Origin: Thecamonas trahens ATCC 50062 | Taxonomy: Eukaryota; Protista; Apusomonadida | Direction: 5' to 3' | Assembly (NCBI RefSeq): GCF_000142905.1 | Contig: NW_013657676.1 | Span: 248,001-312,000, forward strand | DNA: 64,000 nucleotides | In this document: piece by piece, positions 10,998 through 21,976 of the stretch | Layout: the number at the start of each line of letters is the position of its first letter | Numbering within the stretch: position 1 is the first letter of the stretch | Program-made: the position numbers and the translations under genes | The notes under the pieces: model-generated | The model's input: only the letters and a program-made list of their open reading frames with translations | What the model was told of the DNA's origin: nothing | Database searches by the model: none

Positions 10998-11436
10998 CTA
11001 AGCCTCCTCGAGCTCGACAAGGATGCCGCCGCAGTCCTTGGGATGGAGGAAGACGACCGGCTTGCCGTGGGCGCCGATCTTCGAGTGCTCGGAGAGGGTG
11101 CGGATGCCCTTGGCGCGGACGTCGGCCATGGCGGCGTCAATGGCATCGACTTCGAAGCAGATGTGGTGGATGCCCCCGGACGGGTTGCGGTCCAGAAAGT
11201 TGGCGATGGGCGAGGCGTCGCCGAGCGGATGAATGAGCTCGACCTTGGCGCCCTCGCCGGGCATCTCGACAAAGACCGTGTACACGCCGTGCTCCTCCTG
11301 CGGCTCCGGCTGCGAGACTTGCGCCCCGAGCACATCGCGGTACATGGCGCACGCGGCATCCAGATCTGGCACCGCAATGGCAACATGGTTGAGTCGGCCA
11401 AGCCCACCCCAGCCCTGCGGACCCGCTGCACCCGCC
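10998..11436 (-). CDS. MCEE: Methylmalonyl-CoA epimerase (5' part lost in gap)
   Basis: LGRLNHVAIAVPDL...EHGVYTVFV...KVELIHPLG.SPIANFLDRNPSGGIHHICFEV...IGAHGKPVVFLHPKDCGGILVELEE. Confidence 0.95.
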
Positions 11437-11866
11437 NNNNNNNNNNNNNNNNNNNNNNNNNNNNNNNNNNNNNNNNNNNNNNNNNNNNNNNNNNNNNNNN
11501 NNNNNNNNNNNNNNNNNNNNNNNNNNNNNNNNNNNNNNNNNNNNNNNNNNNNNNNNNNNNNNNNNNNNNNNNNNNNNNNNNNNNNNNNNNNNNNNNNNNN
11601 NNNNNNNNNNNNNNNNNNNNNNNNNNNNNNNNNNNNNNNNNNNNNNNNNNNNNNNNNNNNNNNNNNNNNNNNNNNNNNNNNNNNNNNNNNNNNNNNNNNN
11701 NNNNNNNNNGGGGGGGGCAGTGATCGATCGCGGCGGGTTGTCCACGGGCACCTCGCGCCACGGCAAGCCCTTTGCCCCACCGACAGCGACCAGAGACGGG
11801 CACAGCCGAGTCAGCAGTGATTGCACCCCTCTCGCGTGCCTCCCACCCCACCACCATCTCAAAGCC

Positions 11867-14063
11867 ATGCCACACGTACGCTTCCGCCCCCTGCACCCGA
11901 ACCACCACCCCCCTCCTCCGCCCCCCCCCCCCTCCCCTCCTGCTCCCTCATCCCTTACTCATGCCACCACCCACCGACCCACCCACAGGTCCCGGCCCTC
12001 AAGGGCCCGTCTGGCACGCGCGCATGGATTCGAACGGCGGTTGCCATGTGGAGCAGCGGTACGCAGCGGTGAAGGAGCGCAAGTTGTCGCTGTACAAGGA
12101 GCTGGCAGCCTTCATCCCCTTTGCGGTCGTCCACCTCGACTCGGTCAACACCATTGTGGCCGGCTCGGCGACGGTGGCGGCAGCGTCGTTGCCGGCGTCG
12201 CTCCGTGCGCTGCCGGCCAAGCTGCTGCACAAAGCACTCTCTGTTGAGCAAGTATTCTCCAAGTCGACGGTCCTTGTCTTTGACTCGGAGGACGAGCGTG
12301 ATCGCTGGGCCGCCGGCCTCCGGGCCTGGCACACAGCCATGGCCACGCCACAGAAGAAGGCCTCCGAGGTTGATCTGGTCACGCGGTTCCTCAACGACAA
12401 GTCTGCGCCTGTTCACGCGCTCTCGCCCGAGAAGCAGGCCATGGTGAAGCAGGCGTCGCGCGAGTCGTTGCGCGAGGCTTCGGCATCCAAGGCCGAGCGC
12501 TCGCGGTCGGCCAAGGGTTCGCGCCGCCGGCACTCATCGCGAAAGCGCACGCCGAGCTCACGCTCGCACAAGCCGGCGTCATCGACGCCCAAGCATATGT
12601 CGTTCGACGACCACGACTCGTCGTGGACCAGCAGCGTCGCCGACGAGCAGGCCTCGTCGCGCAAGCGCCGCCGCCGCCGCCGCCGCCACACAGCGCATAC
12701 CGACCACACCACCTCAGCCTCGCCGCCGCCAGCAAGCGACGGCTTTGTCGCTGGCGCCGTGCTGGTACCCGAGCCCGAGCCCGGGCTCCTCCCCGCGGCC
12801 TCTGATTCGGTCCTGAACCCTGCCAGCGATGTGGACGCACCAGGCTCCACCCGTCGCCGCCGTCGCCGATCGTCGCGGAAGCTGCGCCGCTCACGCTCGG
12901 CGTCAATCTCGCCGCCGGTCACTCCTGCTGCCGCCGACACCCCCTCGCGTCGCCGTCACCGTCGCCGTTCGTCCCGCAAGCCCCNNNNNNNNNNNNNNNN
13001 NNNNNNNNNNNNNNNNNNNNNNNNNNNNNNNNNNNNNNNNNNNNNNNNNNNNNNNNNNNNNNNNNNNNNNNNNNNNNNNNNNNNNNNNNNNNNNNNNNNN
13101 NNNNNNNNNNNNNNNNNNNNNNNNNNNNNNNNNNNNNNNNNNNNNNNNNNNNNNNNNNNNNNNNNNNNNNNNNNNNNNNNNNNNNNNNNNNNNNNNNNNN
13201 NNNNNNNNNNNNNNNNNNNNNNNNNNNNNNNNNNNNNNNNNNNNNNNNNNNNNNNNNNNNNNNNNNNNNNNNNNNNNNNNNNNNNNNNNNNNNNNNNNNN
13301 NNNNNNNNNNNNNNNNNNNNNNNNNNNNNNNNNNNNNNNNNNNNNNNNNNNNNNNNNNNNNNNNNNNNNNNNNNNNNNNNNCCGCAAACGGTCGCCGTCG
13401 CTGGCTGCCGAGCCCGAGCCTGAGCCATCTGCAGCCGACACACCGTCGCGCCGCAAGCGGTCGCGCAAGCGGTCGCCGTCGCCGGCTGCCGAGCCCGAGC
13501 CCGAGCTGTCTGCAGCTTCCAAGGTTGCGACGCCCATCACGCCCTCGGGCATCATCCGCAAGGCTGTTACTTTTACGCCTTCAGGATCTGACTCGGAATT
13601 GTCTGCTCCAGCACCCGAAACCGCGCCGCCCGCTGCGGACGAGACCGTTGTCGCGCTTGTTCACGCCATCAATGAGCTCCAGGGCGAGATGGACGTGCTG
13701 AAGGAGTCGTTATCTGCGTCCGAGGCCAAGTCACGCGGCCACCAGGACGAGCTCAACGACGTGCTCGAGTCACTAACGTCGTTTATGGCCACCGCGCGCG
13801 GCAGCGCCGACTCTCCGTCGCCCGAAGTGGAGCCTATGCCTCCGCCGGTCCCTGTGGCCGTACCCGCCGCTGCCCACGCAGCCGATGCCGTCACCCCGGC
13901 TGCTGACGCCCCGGCATCCCTCAGCCCAAAGCCGACTGCTGCCGACACGTCGATCTTCGACCCGTTCCGCAACCCTGCTGTCGTGCGGATGCTTCTGGGC
14001 CTGGTCGCCTTTGGCGTCGTCGCATACGCACTCGATCTGGATGGTCGGTTTAACTCCACCTAG
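11867..14063 (+). CDS. PH-domain protein with Arg/Ser-rich repeats, coiled coil and C-terminal TM anchor; internal gap
   Basis: PH-like QRYAAVKERKLSLYK...LVFDSEDERDRWAAGLRAW; hydrophobic tail VVRMLLGLVAFGVVAYAL. Inferred exon 1 ATGCCACAC, intron 11876-11988, requiring one extra C at 12006-12008, so the start is uncertain. Confidence 0.65.
13382..13520 (+). repeat. ~66-bp coding tandem repeat (RKRSPS.AAEPEPE.SAA) next to the gap
   Basis: Two near-identical units right of the gap and a related AADTPSRR unit left of it. The gap 12985-13381 probably hides more copies. Confidence 0.6.
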
Positions 14064-14986
14064 GTGGCGACGCTGACGGCAGCCTCGCGCTTGGCGTCCT
14101 GCAGCGTGTGGCCCTGGGAGCGGTAGTATTGATGGGCGCGGACCATGAGGTAGATGGCAGAGCACCCGTCAAAGAGCCAAACAAAGGCAGAGATGAGACA
14201 AAACGCACCACTTGCCGTCGCCTTGTCATTGAACGCCTTGATGGCAATGATAAAGCCGGCAGCGCCGGTGCCCGGAACACCTAGCGCGTAGAAGAGGCAG
14301 CCCAGGATGTGGATGAAGAAGCAGACAAAGAAGATGAGGAAGAGCGAGGCCTTGGCTTGGCGCGTTGCGTTGTACAGCGACCAGTACCAGGTGTAAAACG
14401 CGAGGAGCGGCGAGAGAAGCGCAAAGAGGAGAGCAAGTGCAAACGGGCCAACGCCAGTCACATCCTCAATCAGCGCCGTCATGATGGCAGCCAGATTGAC
14501 GACAAGCATGATGTACGTGAGTATCCACAGCCGGTACACGTTGGTCACCACGCTCTGCGCCTCGGCCGGGATCTCCTCCACAATGTCCATGTGCACAATC
14601 GGCTTACACGGCGGCCAGTTCGCCGGACGTGCACCCAGCGCCTCGCGCTCCCGCTGCTCAATCGTCTTTTCACGATAGTTGAGCTCGTCCTCCAGCCGGT
14701 CAAGCTCGGCCCGCTTCTCGGCCAGCGAGATCGGGTCAGCGGCGACCTTGGCCCGCGCCGACTTGGTTCCCGCACCGGCCCGCCCGCCAGCATCCTCGCC
14801 CGAGCCACCCGACCGATCATGCGAGTCCTACACGCCGTCTCCCACCCCATGGAAGCCCACCACATACACACCCATGCTCCTCCGGTGAATCCCCTTTCGC
14901 ATACCACCAGCCGGCTGGTCGTGCAAGCGCATGCGCCATGACCCCGCTCCGCCCATGCCACCCCCCGCTCCGCCTCCCCCCCCCCT

Positions 14987-15024
<38 letters not shown>

Positions 15025-15084
15025 ACATACAAATGGGTTGCCGCCGTCGCTGCTGTACTCGTCGAACGGGTTGTCGTCGACCAT
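14060..15084 (-). CDS. SCAMP: Secretory carrier membrane protein; intron 15030-14828
   Basis: Exon 1 MVDDNPFDEYSSDGGNPF (two NPF motifs)|GTATGT...TAG| in frame into a coiled coil, NWPP, HMDIVEEIP, four TM helices and WYWSLYNA. Confidence 0.92.
14988..15022. repeat. (CA)n microsatellite in SCAMP intron
   Basis: Direct (CA) run. Similar runs occur near 29881-29915, 37640-37690, 44020-44100 and 48965-49035. Confidence 0.9.
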
Positions 15085-15345
15085 GGCCCCTTCCCGCGCA
15101 GACGACTGTGCCGAGCAGGCGTGCTCGGCAACGTCGCCGTCTACGTCCTCCCCGCCGGCCAGCCGCCCCATGTTTTCTGTTGTGGCCCACCCCCCCACCA
15201 ATGGCCACAGCAGCCATCAGCACATGGTACTACTCTTTTACCGCGATTGATGGATGTTGCGACGTCTGTGGAGCGTCGCGGAGCGCGGCTTGCGCGATGG
15301 ACAAGTTTGTCCATTCCGTACTGTAGAGGGTTAAGCAGCCCCAGA

Positions 15346-16214
15346 CTACGGCCCAAGCCGCCGATGTGGCGGTCCGCCCAGCGGCGGGTACTGCCGGCCG
15401 CCGGGTCCGCCGCGCATGCCCGGGCCCGAGCCTGGGCCAGGTCCACCGCCACGATCGCGGTCGCGAGGCGGCCCACCCGGTCCACCCGGCCCGCGATCGC
15501 GATAGCTGTCGTATGCCGGCGGCGGATAATCGCGCGGCGGCCCACTGCGGTACCGCCCACCGCCAGGCGGCCCGCCGCGATGGCTGCCTAGAGGCGGATA
15601 CCCGTTCTGTGGCGTACCAGCAAACGCCGGTCGAGGGCCACGAGCGGTGTGCAGGCCTGGGCCTCCAAATGGCGTCGGCGTTCCGGGCGCAGAGCCTTGT
15701 GCGGTGGCAGGGTGCATGGCGGCCTGCGCGGCGGCAGCAGCCTGAGCAGCAGCCTGAGCAGCGGCGGCCTGCGCGGCGGCAGCAGCAGCCTCGGCGGCAG
15801 CAGCCTCTTTACGGCGCTGCTCGTCAGCAAGGAGCACGGTCTTGAGCAAGAGGAACAGCTTGCGCTTTTGTGCCTTCAACTCGGCCAGGCGGGAGCGTGT
15901 GGCGGTGACGGCGTCCTCAGTAGCAGCAACTGGGCAATGGAGGTGAGTGGGTTGCGGCTGGTGGTGGTGGGGGAGGGGGGGGGGGGGGGGGGGGATGGGG
16001 ATAGGGCCGATGGCCCGGAAGGGCCTGATGGCGTACCTTGCGCTTGCAGGCGGGCGTGGTAGAGCGCTGTCTCATGTGTCCGCTCGTGCTCCTCCTCGGC
16101 ATCCTTGCGGGTCCGGGCGTGGACCATGCGCCGTATGGCGGCCGCCCTGGGCGAGGCCGGCCGCAACAAGCGCTTGGGCGCATACACCCGGGTCGGGGGC
16201 GGAGCGCCGCTCAT
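15346..16214 (-). CDS. GPS2-like coiled-coil protein with Gly/Pro/Arg-rich tail; intron 16036-15930
   Basis: Spliced product ...RPASPRAAAIRRMVHARTRKDAEEE...RLAELKAQKRKLFLLLKTVLLADEQRRKE resembles the GPS2 N-terminal coiled coil. Donor GTACGC, acceptor CAG, frame preserved. Confidence 0.55.
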
Positions 16215-16490
16215 GCCTGATGTGTACAAGACCGACAGCGGTGAGGGTGGAGGGATGGAGTGGGGTGGGCGTGGGGTGGGAGTGGGGTGGCTGCTTCCCT
16301 TGCCCTTGGCGGCGGTGGCACGGCCCGGCATGGGCGACTCGACGGCTGGCGACGACGTCACACAGGCAGTGTGTCTGGCTGCCCTCGCCCTCGCTCACGC
16401 TCCCAAACGCTCAGTATGCCCACTGCACTCGCTTGTTCCCTTCGGTCTCAACCTCGGCCACCCCACTCCCGCCTATTCTGCTACTTTGGC

Positions 16491-19283
16491 ATGGCGGCAT
16501 CAAGCTCGTGGGAGCCGCTGCGCGCTGCTGTCCTCGACACCCTGAAGACCACCTGGGGCTACCACCAGCCGCATGTCTGGCAGCTCCATGTCCTCCGTGC
16601 CCTCCTGGCTGACCGTCGCGATGCGGTTGTGGTCCAAGCTACAGGCTCCGGCAAGTCGATGGTCTACCAGCTGCCATCGCTTGTCCTTGCCGCCACCCCG
16701 CCGCCGTATCTGTCTGACGCCGCCGCCGCCGCCCCACTCACCATCGTCATCTCGCCGCTCATCGCCCTCATGGCCGACCAGACTGCCCGCCTCTCTTCGC
16801 TAGGCATCTCGTCCACATTTATGGGCTCCGGTAATCCCGGCTCGTCTGCCATTCGCAGCGGCCTTATTTCCGGCGATCAGGACGCCCTCGCGCTCCGCAT
16901 CGTCTACATGTCGCCCGAGTATGCGTCGTCAATGCTGACCACGTCTGCCCTCGCTGCCGCCCCCGCTTTTGCCTCGCGCATTGTTCTGCTTGCCATCGAT
17001 GAGGCACACTGCATTTCCAAGTGGGGCCACGACTTTCGCCAGGCATACTTGGACCTTCCGGGCCGCGTCGCCGATGTCAAGGCTGCCACCGGAGCGCCCG
17101 TCGTCGCCCTCACCGCCACCGCCACCAGCCGTGTGGTTGAGGAGCTCGCCCAGTCGATGCAGCTGACTAACCCTCTGGTCTCGGTCGGCTCGTTCAACAG
17201 GCCCAACCTCCACCTCTCGTTTGGCGTCATCGATTCTGTCGACTCGCAGGTCGTCCCGCTGCTGACCGGGAAAGACTCGGCCGCCCGCAAGCCATCTATC
17301 GTCTACTGTCGGACCCGCAAGGCCACCGAACGGATTGCAGCAAAGCTGAAGTCGAGTCGCGCCGGCCGCGTCGAAGCCTACCACGCCGGGCTTGGCGCGC
17401 AGCGCAAGGGCATCCAGGATCGATTCACCGCAGGCCAACTCGACGTGGTCGTCTGCACCATCGCCTTTGGCATGGGCATCGACAAGGCCAACATCCGCTC
17501 GGTCATCCACGCTCACGCCCCGTCGTCAATAGAGTCGTACTATCAGCAGATCGGCCGCGGTGGCCGTGATGGCGACCTCTGCGAGTGCTACTGCTTCTGG
17601 CTCGCAAGCGACTTTGAGGTCGACAAGAACTCTGACGCTGCCGTTTATGCCCAGCGCCTTGCATCGGCGTCCGCGCTCAAGGCGCTAGTCAGCACGGCAA
17701 AGACTTGCCGCAAGCAAAGCCTGGTCGCCTACTTTGGTGAGTCCATATTGCCGTGTCATGCATGCGACATCTGTGACCTTGGCGACGCCCCGCTCATCGA
17801 CTTTTCCTGCGACGCCTTTCTCCTCCTTGGCGCGCTGCAAGTGTGCGGCGAGACCGCTGGCCCGTCCAAGGCAATCAAGCTTCTGCACGGAACCAAGCCG
17901 CCCGGCAACCTTCCGGTCAACTTTAGCACCTTCCTCAACGCCGGAAGCCACCACTCCCCTGGCTGGTGGAGCGCGCTCGGCTTTCGCCTCATCAAAGTCG
18001 GCATGATTGTCTCAACGCATATTGCTGTCCGTGGTCGCTCTCGCGGCTTCGACAAGTGGTCCCTCACCCGCGAGGCAAAAGAGTATGTTGCCGCCGGCAA
18101 GCCGCAGATCGCATGCGACAAGCTTGTGTTTCACCCCGGCCCCGAGCTGCTCGTCGACTGCAGCCCAAAGTCGAGTCGTCCGGCCCTACAAGGCCTTCTG
18201 CAGCGCGCACCGAGCTCGTCGCTCATCATCAACTCACGCTCGGCGCTTCGTTCTGCACTCTTGTCGATCGAGCCCTCGTTGTCGGCCACTGTTGTGGACG
18301 ACATCGTCGACCACGTCCCGGCTTCTCTCTCCGAGCTCACCGCCATTAATGGGATCTCGTCGCGTGTTGTTGGTAATGTCGGCACCGCGCTCCTCGCCGC
18401 AGTCAAACCTTACGTCCCCCTTGCCAAGGCGTTTCGGGCCGAAGCCATTGCCAGTGCCAAGCAGTCGCTCGCCCTTTTCCAGGATCGTGGCCTCGCGCTC
18501 CAGTCAGTAGCAACTGCCCGAGGCAAGTCAGTCAACACCATTCTTCGCCAGCTCATGCTCTGCGTCTCCAACGGAGACTCGTTCAACGGTTCGCTCCTCG
18601 GCTGGTCCAAGGCATCCGTCGAGCTCGCGTATGCCTCATTCGTCTCTCTGCTCGACGCGCCCGTGGCAGACGACGTGCTTTCCGGCTCGATGCCGTCGAC
18701 GCCCTCCGCCGTCGACGAGAACATTGTTAACTTTATTCGCGCGTTTGTGGCCTTCTACGCCAAAGCCAAGCCCCACGCCGGCATGCCCGACGTCACGACG
18801 GTAACGGCCGCCCTACTCTCATCGTCTGGCACTTTAGCGGCCGCCGCCATCTCGCCAACCAAGCGCGTCTTTGACTCGTCGACAGAGCTCGCCATCAAGT
18901 CGTCAAAGTCGACGCCGGCTGCCTCCATCAAGCCCGTTCGCCACTCTGGTAATCGGCTCAAGCGCAAGCGGTCGTTCAAGGCCAAACCTGCGGCAGTCAG
19001 CAATGCCACGTGTGTCGCCGCCACACATGTGGCTCCGCCGCCACCGACATCGGCCTCGACGTTCGCCGTCGACGAGCCGCCTCCGCTGCCTCCATCCAGC
19101 CAGACGTCACCACCCGTACCATTGTGGCTGCAGCATGCTCGCGGGTCCCAGCCGTCTCGGCCTCGGCCTCCGCCAGCACAAAGCCAGACTACTGACTACT
19201 TTGCCGGACTCGATGACGCGGCCCTCGCCGAGGCGTTTGGTGACATTGAGCCGCTGGCTAAGCGGCCGAAGACGCTCTCATAG
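16491..19283 (+). CDS. RecQ-family (WRN-like) DNA helicase with Zn-binding, RQC, HRDC and HTH regions
   Basis: ATGSGKS, ISPLIALMADQ, DEAHCISKWGHDFR, TATAT, FNRPNL, TIAFGMGIDK, YYQQIGRGGRDG, CR..L..YFGE...C..CDIC. Confidence 0.93.
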   Translation: MAASSSWEPLRAAVLDTLKTTWGYHQPHVWQLHVLRALLADRRDAVVVQATGSGKSMVYQLPSLVLAATPPPYLSDAAAAAPLTIVISPLIALMADQTARLSSLGISSTFMGSGNPGSSAIRSGLISGDQDALALRIVYMSPEYASSMLTTSALAAAPAFASRIVLLAIDEAHCISKWGHDFRQAYLDLPGRVADVKAATGAPVVALTATATSRVVEELAQSMQLTNPLVSVGSFNRPNLHLSFGVIDSVDSQVVPLLTGKDSAARKPSIVYCRTRKATERIAAKLKSSRAGRVEAYHAGLGAQRKGIQDRFTAGQLDVVVCTIAFGMGIDKANIRSVIHAHAPSSIESYYQQIGRGGRDGDLCECYCFWLASDFEVDKNSDAAVYAQRLASASALKALVSTAKTCRKQSLVAYFGESILPCHACDICDLGDAPLIDFSCDAFLLLGALQVCGETAGPSKAIKLLHGTKPPGNLPVNFSTFLNAGSHHSPGWWSALGFRLIKVGMIVSTHIAVRGRSRGFDKWSLTREAKEYVAAGKPQIACDKLVFHPGPELLVDCSPKSSRPALQGLLQRAPSSSLIINSRSALRSALLSIEPSLSATVVDDIVDHVPASLSELTAINGISSRVVGNVGTALLAAVKPYVPLAKAFRAEAIASAKQSLALFQDRGLALQSVATARGKSVNTILRQLMLCVSNGDSFNGSLLGWSKASVELAYASFVSLLDAPVADDVLSGSMPSTPSAVDENIVNFIRAFVAFYAKAKPHAGMPDVTTVTAALLSSSGTLAAAAISPTKRVFDSSTELAIKSSKSTPAASIKPVRHSGNRLKRKRSFKAKPAAVSNATCVAATHVAPPPPTSASTFAVDEPPPLPPSSQTSPPVPLWLQHARGSQPSRPRPPPAQSQTTDYFAGLDDAALAEAFGDIEPLAKRPKTLS

Positions 19284-20360
19284 CGCGGCTGCAAGACGCG
19301 TCTCGAGCTCGGCGCGCACGGCGGCGAGCTCAGGGCTCATCGGCAGAAACGAGGCGTCGAGCGCAGTGATATTGGCCTGGATGACCTCGGCACGTGTGAG
19401 GCCACACTTGTGGATGGCCGTGACAAGCTCGCCCGAGAGCGTGATGTCAAACAGGCCCGGATCATCGGTGTTGAGACAAATCGGAAGGCCGGCGTCGAGC
19501 ATGGCCCGGACCGGGTGGCTCTCGAGCGACGCGACGGCGTTGATGAGGTAGTTGGACGACGGTGAGATCTCAAAGACGGTACCTGCGCTGCGGACGACGG
19601 CGACGGCGTCGTCGGCGTCCATGACGTGGATGCCGTGGCCAATCCGGACCGCACCCTGCTCTTTCACTGCGCGCACCACCCAGCCGGCCGAGAGCGGCGA
19701 GTCGACCTCGCCAGCATGGACTGTGACCTTGAGGCCATGGGCAGCAGCATGCGCAAAGGCTTCAGGAAAGACCGAGTCGCAAAACGCAGCCTCGTCGTTG
19801 GCCAGATCGACGCCGATAAAGTCACCGGCATCCACAAAGAACTTTGCGATGGTCAGCGCTTCTGCCGGCGTCTGGAACCGATCGATGATGCCGATGAGAC
19901 CTAGACCGACCAGGCCTGCTGCGTCAGGATGGTTGCGGCCATCCGCCACGCCCTTGCGCACCGCGTCGTGGACGGCGGCGTAGTCCAGGCCGCAGGCCAT
20001 GCCGATGTAGCCTGGCGAGTATCGGAGCTCGAGAAGAGCGATACCGTCGCGGGCGGAGTCGATCACCACCTCGGCCGTCAGCCTCGCAATGACTTCGGCG
20101 TCTGTAAACACCGCCTGCAGCCGACCGAATCGGTCCATACACTCTGTAAGCGAAGTCACCGGCGTGGTAATGCAGTAGTACGCTCGCGCCGCCGTCATCC
20201 GGTCGCCACCGCTCGCCGCCAGCGTCGCCGCCGCCGCCTCGTCGCGCTCCACAGGCAGGAGGGCAGCAAGGCTCTCCAGCCGCAACGAGCCCTCGAGGTG
20301 CCGATGGAGCTCGACCTTGGGCAGCGCCCGCATCTCTGCGCAAACCTCTGTGGCGTCCAT
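19278..20360 (-). CDS. ADA: Adenosine deaminase
   Basis: LPKVELHRHLEGS, ELRYSP, TVHAGE, RIGHG, NTDDP motifs. Confidence 0.93.
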   Translation of the reverse strand: MDATEVCAEMRALPKVELHRHLEGSLRLESLAALLPVERDEAAAATLAASGGDRMTAARAYYCITTPVTSLTECMDRFGRLQAVFTDAEVIARLTAEVVIDSARDGIALLELRYSPGYIGMACGLDYAAVHDAVRKGVADGRNHPDAAGLVGLGLIGIIDRFQTPAEALTIAKFFVDAGDFIGVDLANDEAAFCDSVFPEAFAHAAAHGLKVTVHAGEVDSPLSAGWVVRAVKEQGAVRIGHGIHVMDADDAVAVVRSAGTVFEISPSSNYLINAVASLESHPVRAMLDAGLPICLNTDDPGLFDITLSGELVTAIHKCGLTRAEVIQANITALDASFLPMSPELAAVRAELETRLAAAL

Positions 20361-20389
20361 GGTCGACGTTGTGGACGGAAGTGAAGTCT

Positions 20390-21775
20390 TTACGCAGACC
20401 GGGCAGTGCTATGCTCGGGCGGAGGAGGGGCGTTGGTGGGGGCAGCCGGACCGCGCCCGCCGCGACGCCCGCTGCTACTCTTGTGATCACGCGAGTGTGA
20501 GCAAAGGTGGGTGGTGACTGGCGATTGCGCGAGGTCTACACTGTCGCGGACACGTGCTTCGACTTTGCGCACCGCGGCGTCGAGCGTTGAGGTCGGGAGG
20601 CCGAGCGCAGCAGCAAACGAGTCGGGTGGTCGTGAGGTGATCGCCAGGTTGATGCTCGGCAGCGCAATAGCCGAGGCATGGAGCATGAGCCGAGGGACAT
20701 GCGGCCGCTGGCCGGTCCGAGCGTCGTAGACCATGTCGCCAACGAGCGGCATGTCGAGCCCGTAGGCGGCGTGGGCTCGGATCTGGTGCTTGCGCCCAGT
20801 AGAGGGGAAGAAGGCCACGAGCGTGCTGCCGTTGCCAAGCTCGGCAATGGCTTCGGCATAGGTCACAGCAGCCTTGGCGCCGGCGGCATCGGTCCCGCAT
20901 GGCGAGACGCGATGGCCGTCGGTTCGCAGCGCGAGGTTGATGGTGTGCGTCGAACCCGGCTCGAGTACGCCGGTGACGACGCCGAGGTAGCCCTTGCTCA
21001 CGGTTTGGCCCGCAAACGAGTGCGCAAGGTCGGCGGCAACAGATCGCGTCCGCGCTAGCACCATCAGGCCTGACGTGCATCGGTCCAAGCGATGCACCAG
21101 CCGTGGGCGGACAAAGGCGAGTCTGTCTGGGCCGGGCAGCTCGCCGCGCTCGGCCGCGTGGGTCAGCAGCGCGTCGACCGAGCTGTGCATGTCGGCGGGT
21201 GAGCCGCCTTGTGCGGCCATGCCCACTGGCTTGTCGACAACAAGCACCTCGGGCGTGGCAAACTGGATGAGCTCGTTGACCCCGAGCTCGGCATCGTGTG
21301 GAAGATTGACCTTGGTCTGCATTCGCCATCGCTCGCCGTCTCGACCTGCCTGCCGCTCCACAGCGAGCATGCGTGTGGCAGCCGGGGCAGCAGTGACCAG
21401 CGAACCGGTAGGGAGCCGGAGCGAGTGCGCCCGTCGCTTGTTGGCACACCCATGGGAGCCCTCGGCGGGAGCGCCAGGTGCCGGCCGCGGGAGCACCACC
21501 CGGACGTCACCCTCGCGAAGGAGGCGGAAGAGAGCCGTCCGCGAGACATGCGGTGCAAGCGCAGCCAAGATGCGAATCGTCCGTCCGCCCGACTCGTGGT
21601 CGCTCACCTCGTGCACAACAGCGTGTCGTGGATGAATGGGCGCCGGAGGGCGGGCGGCGGCTGCTACGGCCGCGGCCGTGGCGGCAGTCGGCCCCGCACT
21701 CATGGGCGCCACCTGGACCACGGCTCGGATGCTACACGCGGCGCGTTCTGTGCACACCCGCGCTAATGAGAGCAT
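20390..21775 (-). CDS. RluA/RluC-family RNA pseudouridine synthase (possibly mitochondrial)
   Basis: VVDKPVG, LVHRLDRCTSGLMV with catalytic Asp, TGRKHQIRAH, PLVGDMVY, LMLHA; Arg/Ala-rich N-terminus. Confidence 0.9.
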   Translation of the reverse strand: MLSLARVCTERAACSIRAVVQVAPMSAGPTAATAAAVAAAARPPAPIHPRHAVVHEVSDHESGGRTIRILAALAPHVSRTALFRLLREGDVRVVLPRPAPGAPAEGSHGCANKRRAHSLRLPTGSLVTAAPAATRMLAVERQAGRDGERWRMQTKVNLPHDAELGVNELIQFATPEVLVVDKPVGMAAQGGSPADMHSSVDALLTHAAERGELPGPDRLAFVRPRLVHRLDRCTSGLMVLARTRSVAADLAHSFAGQTVSKGYLGVVTGVLEPGSTHTINLALRTDGHRVSPCGTDAAGAKAAVTYAEAIAELGNGSTLVAFFPSTGRKHQIRAHAAYGLDMPLVGDMVYDARTGQRPHVPRLMLHASAIALPSINLAITSRPPDSFAAALGLPTSTLDAAVRKVEARVRDSVDLAQSPVTTHLCSHSRDHKSSSGRRGGRGPAAPTNAPPPPEHSTARSA

Positions 21776-21976
21776 ACTGGTGTTCTGCGTGGGGGGGGGG
21801 GGGGGGGTTCGGCTCGACGAGAGGTGCGAGTCGAGTGGTCCCCACCAGGAACACGACGAACACGCGCGCCGCGCGTTGGTCGGCAAGATAGGGCCGGGCC
21901 GCCGCAGAGCATCCCGCAAGAGTTCCAGAGGGGCCGGCTAGAGGGGAAATTACACGGTGGCAATGTAATGGGCATG

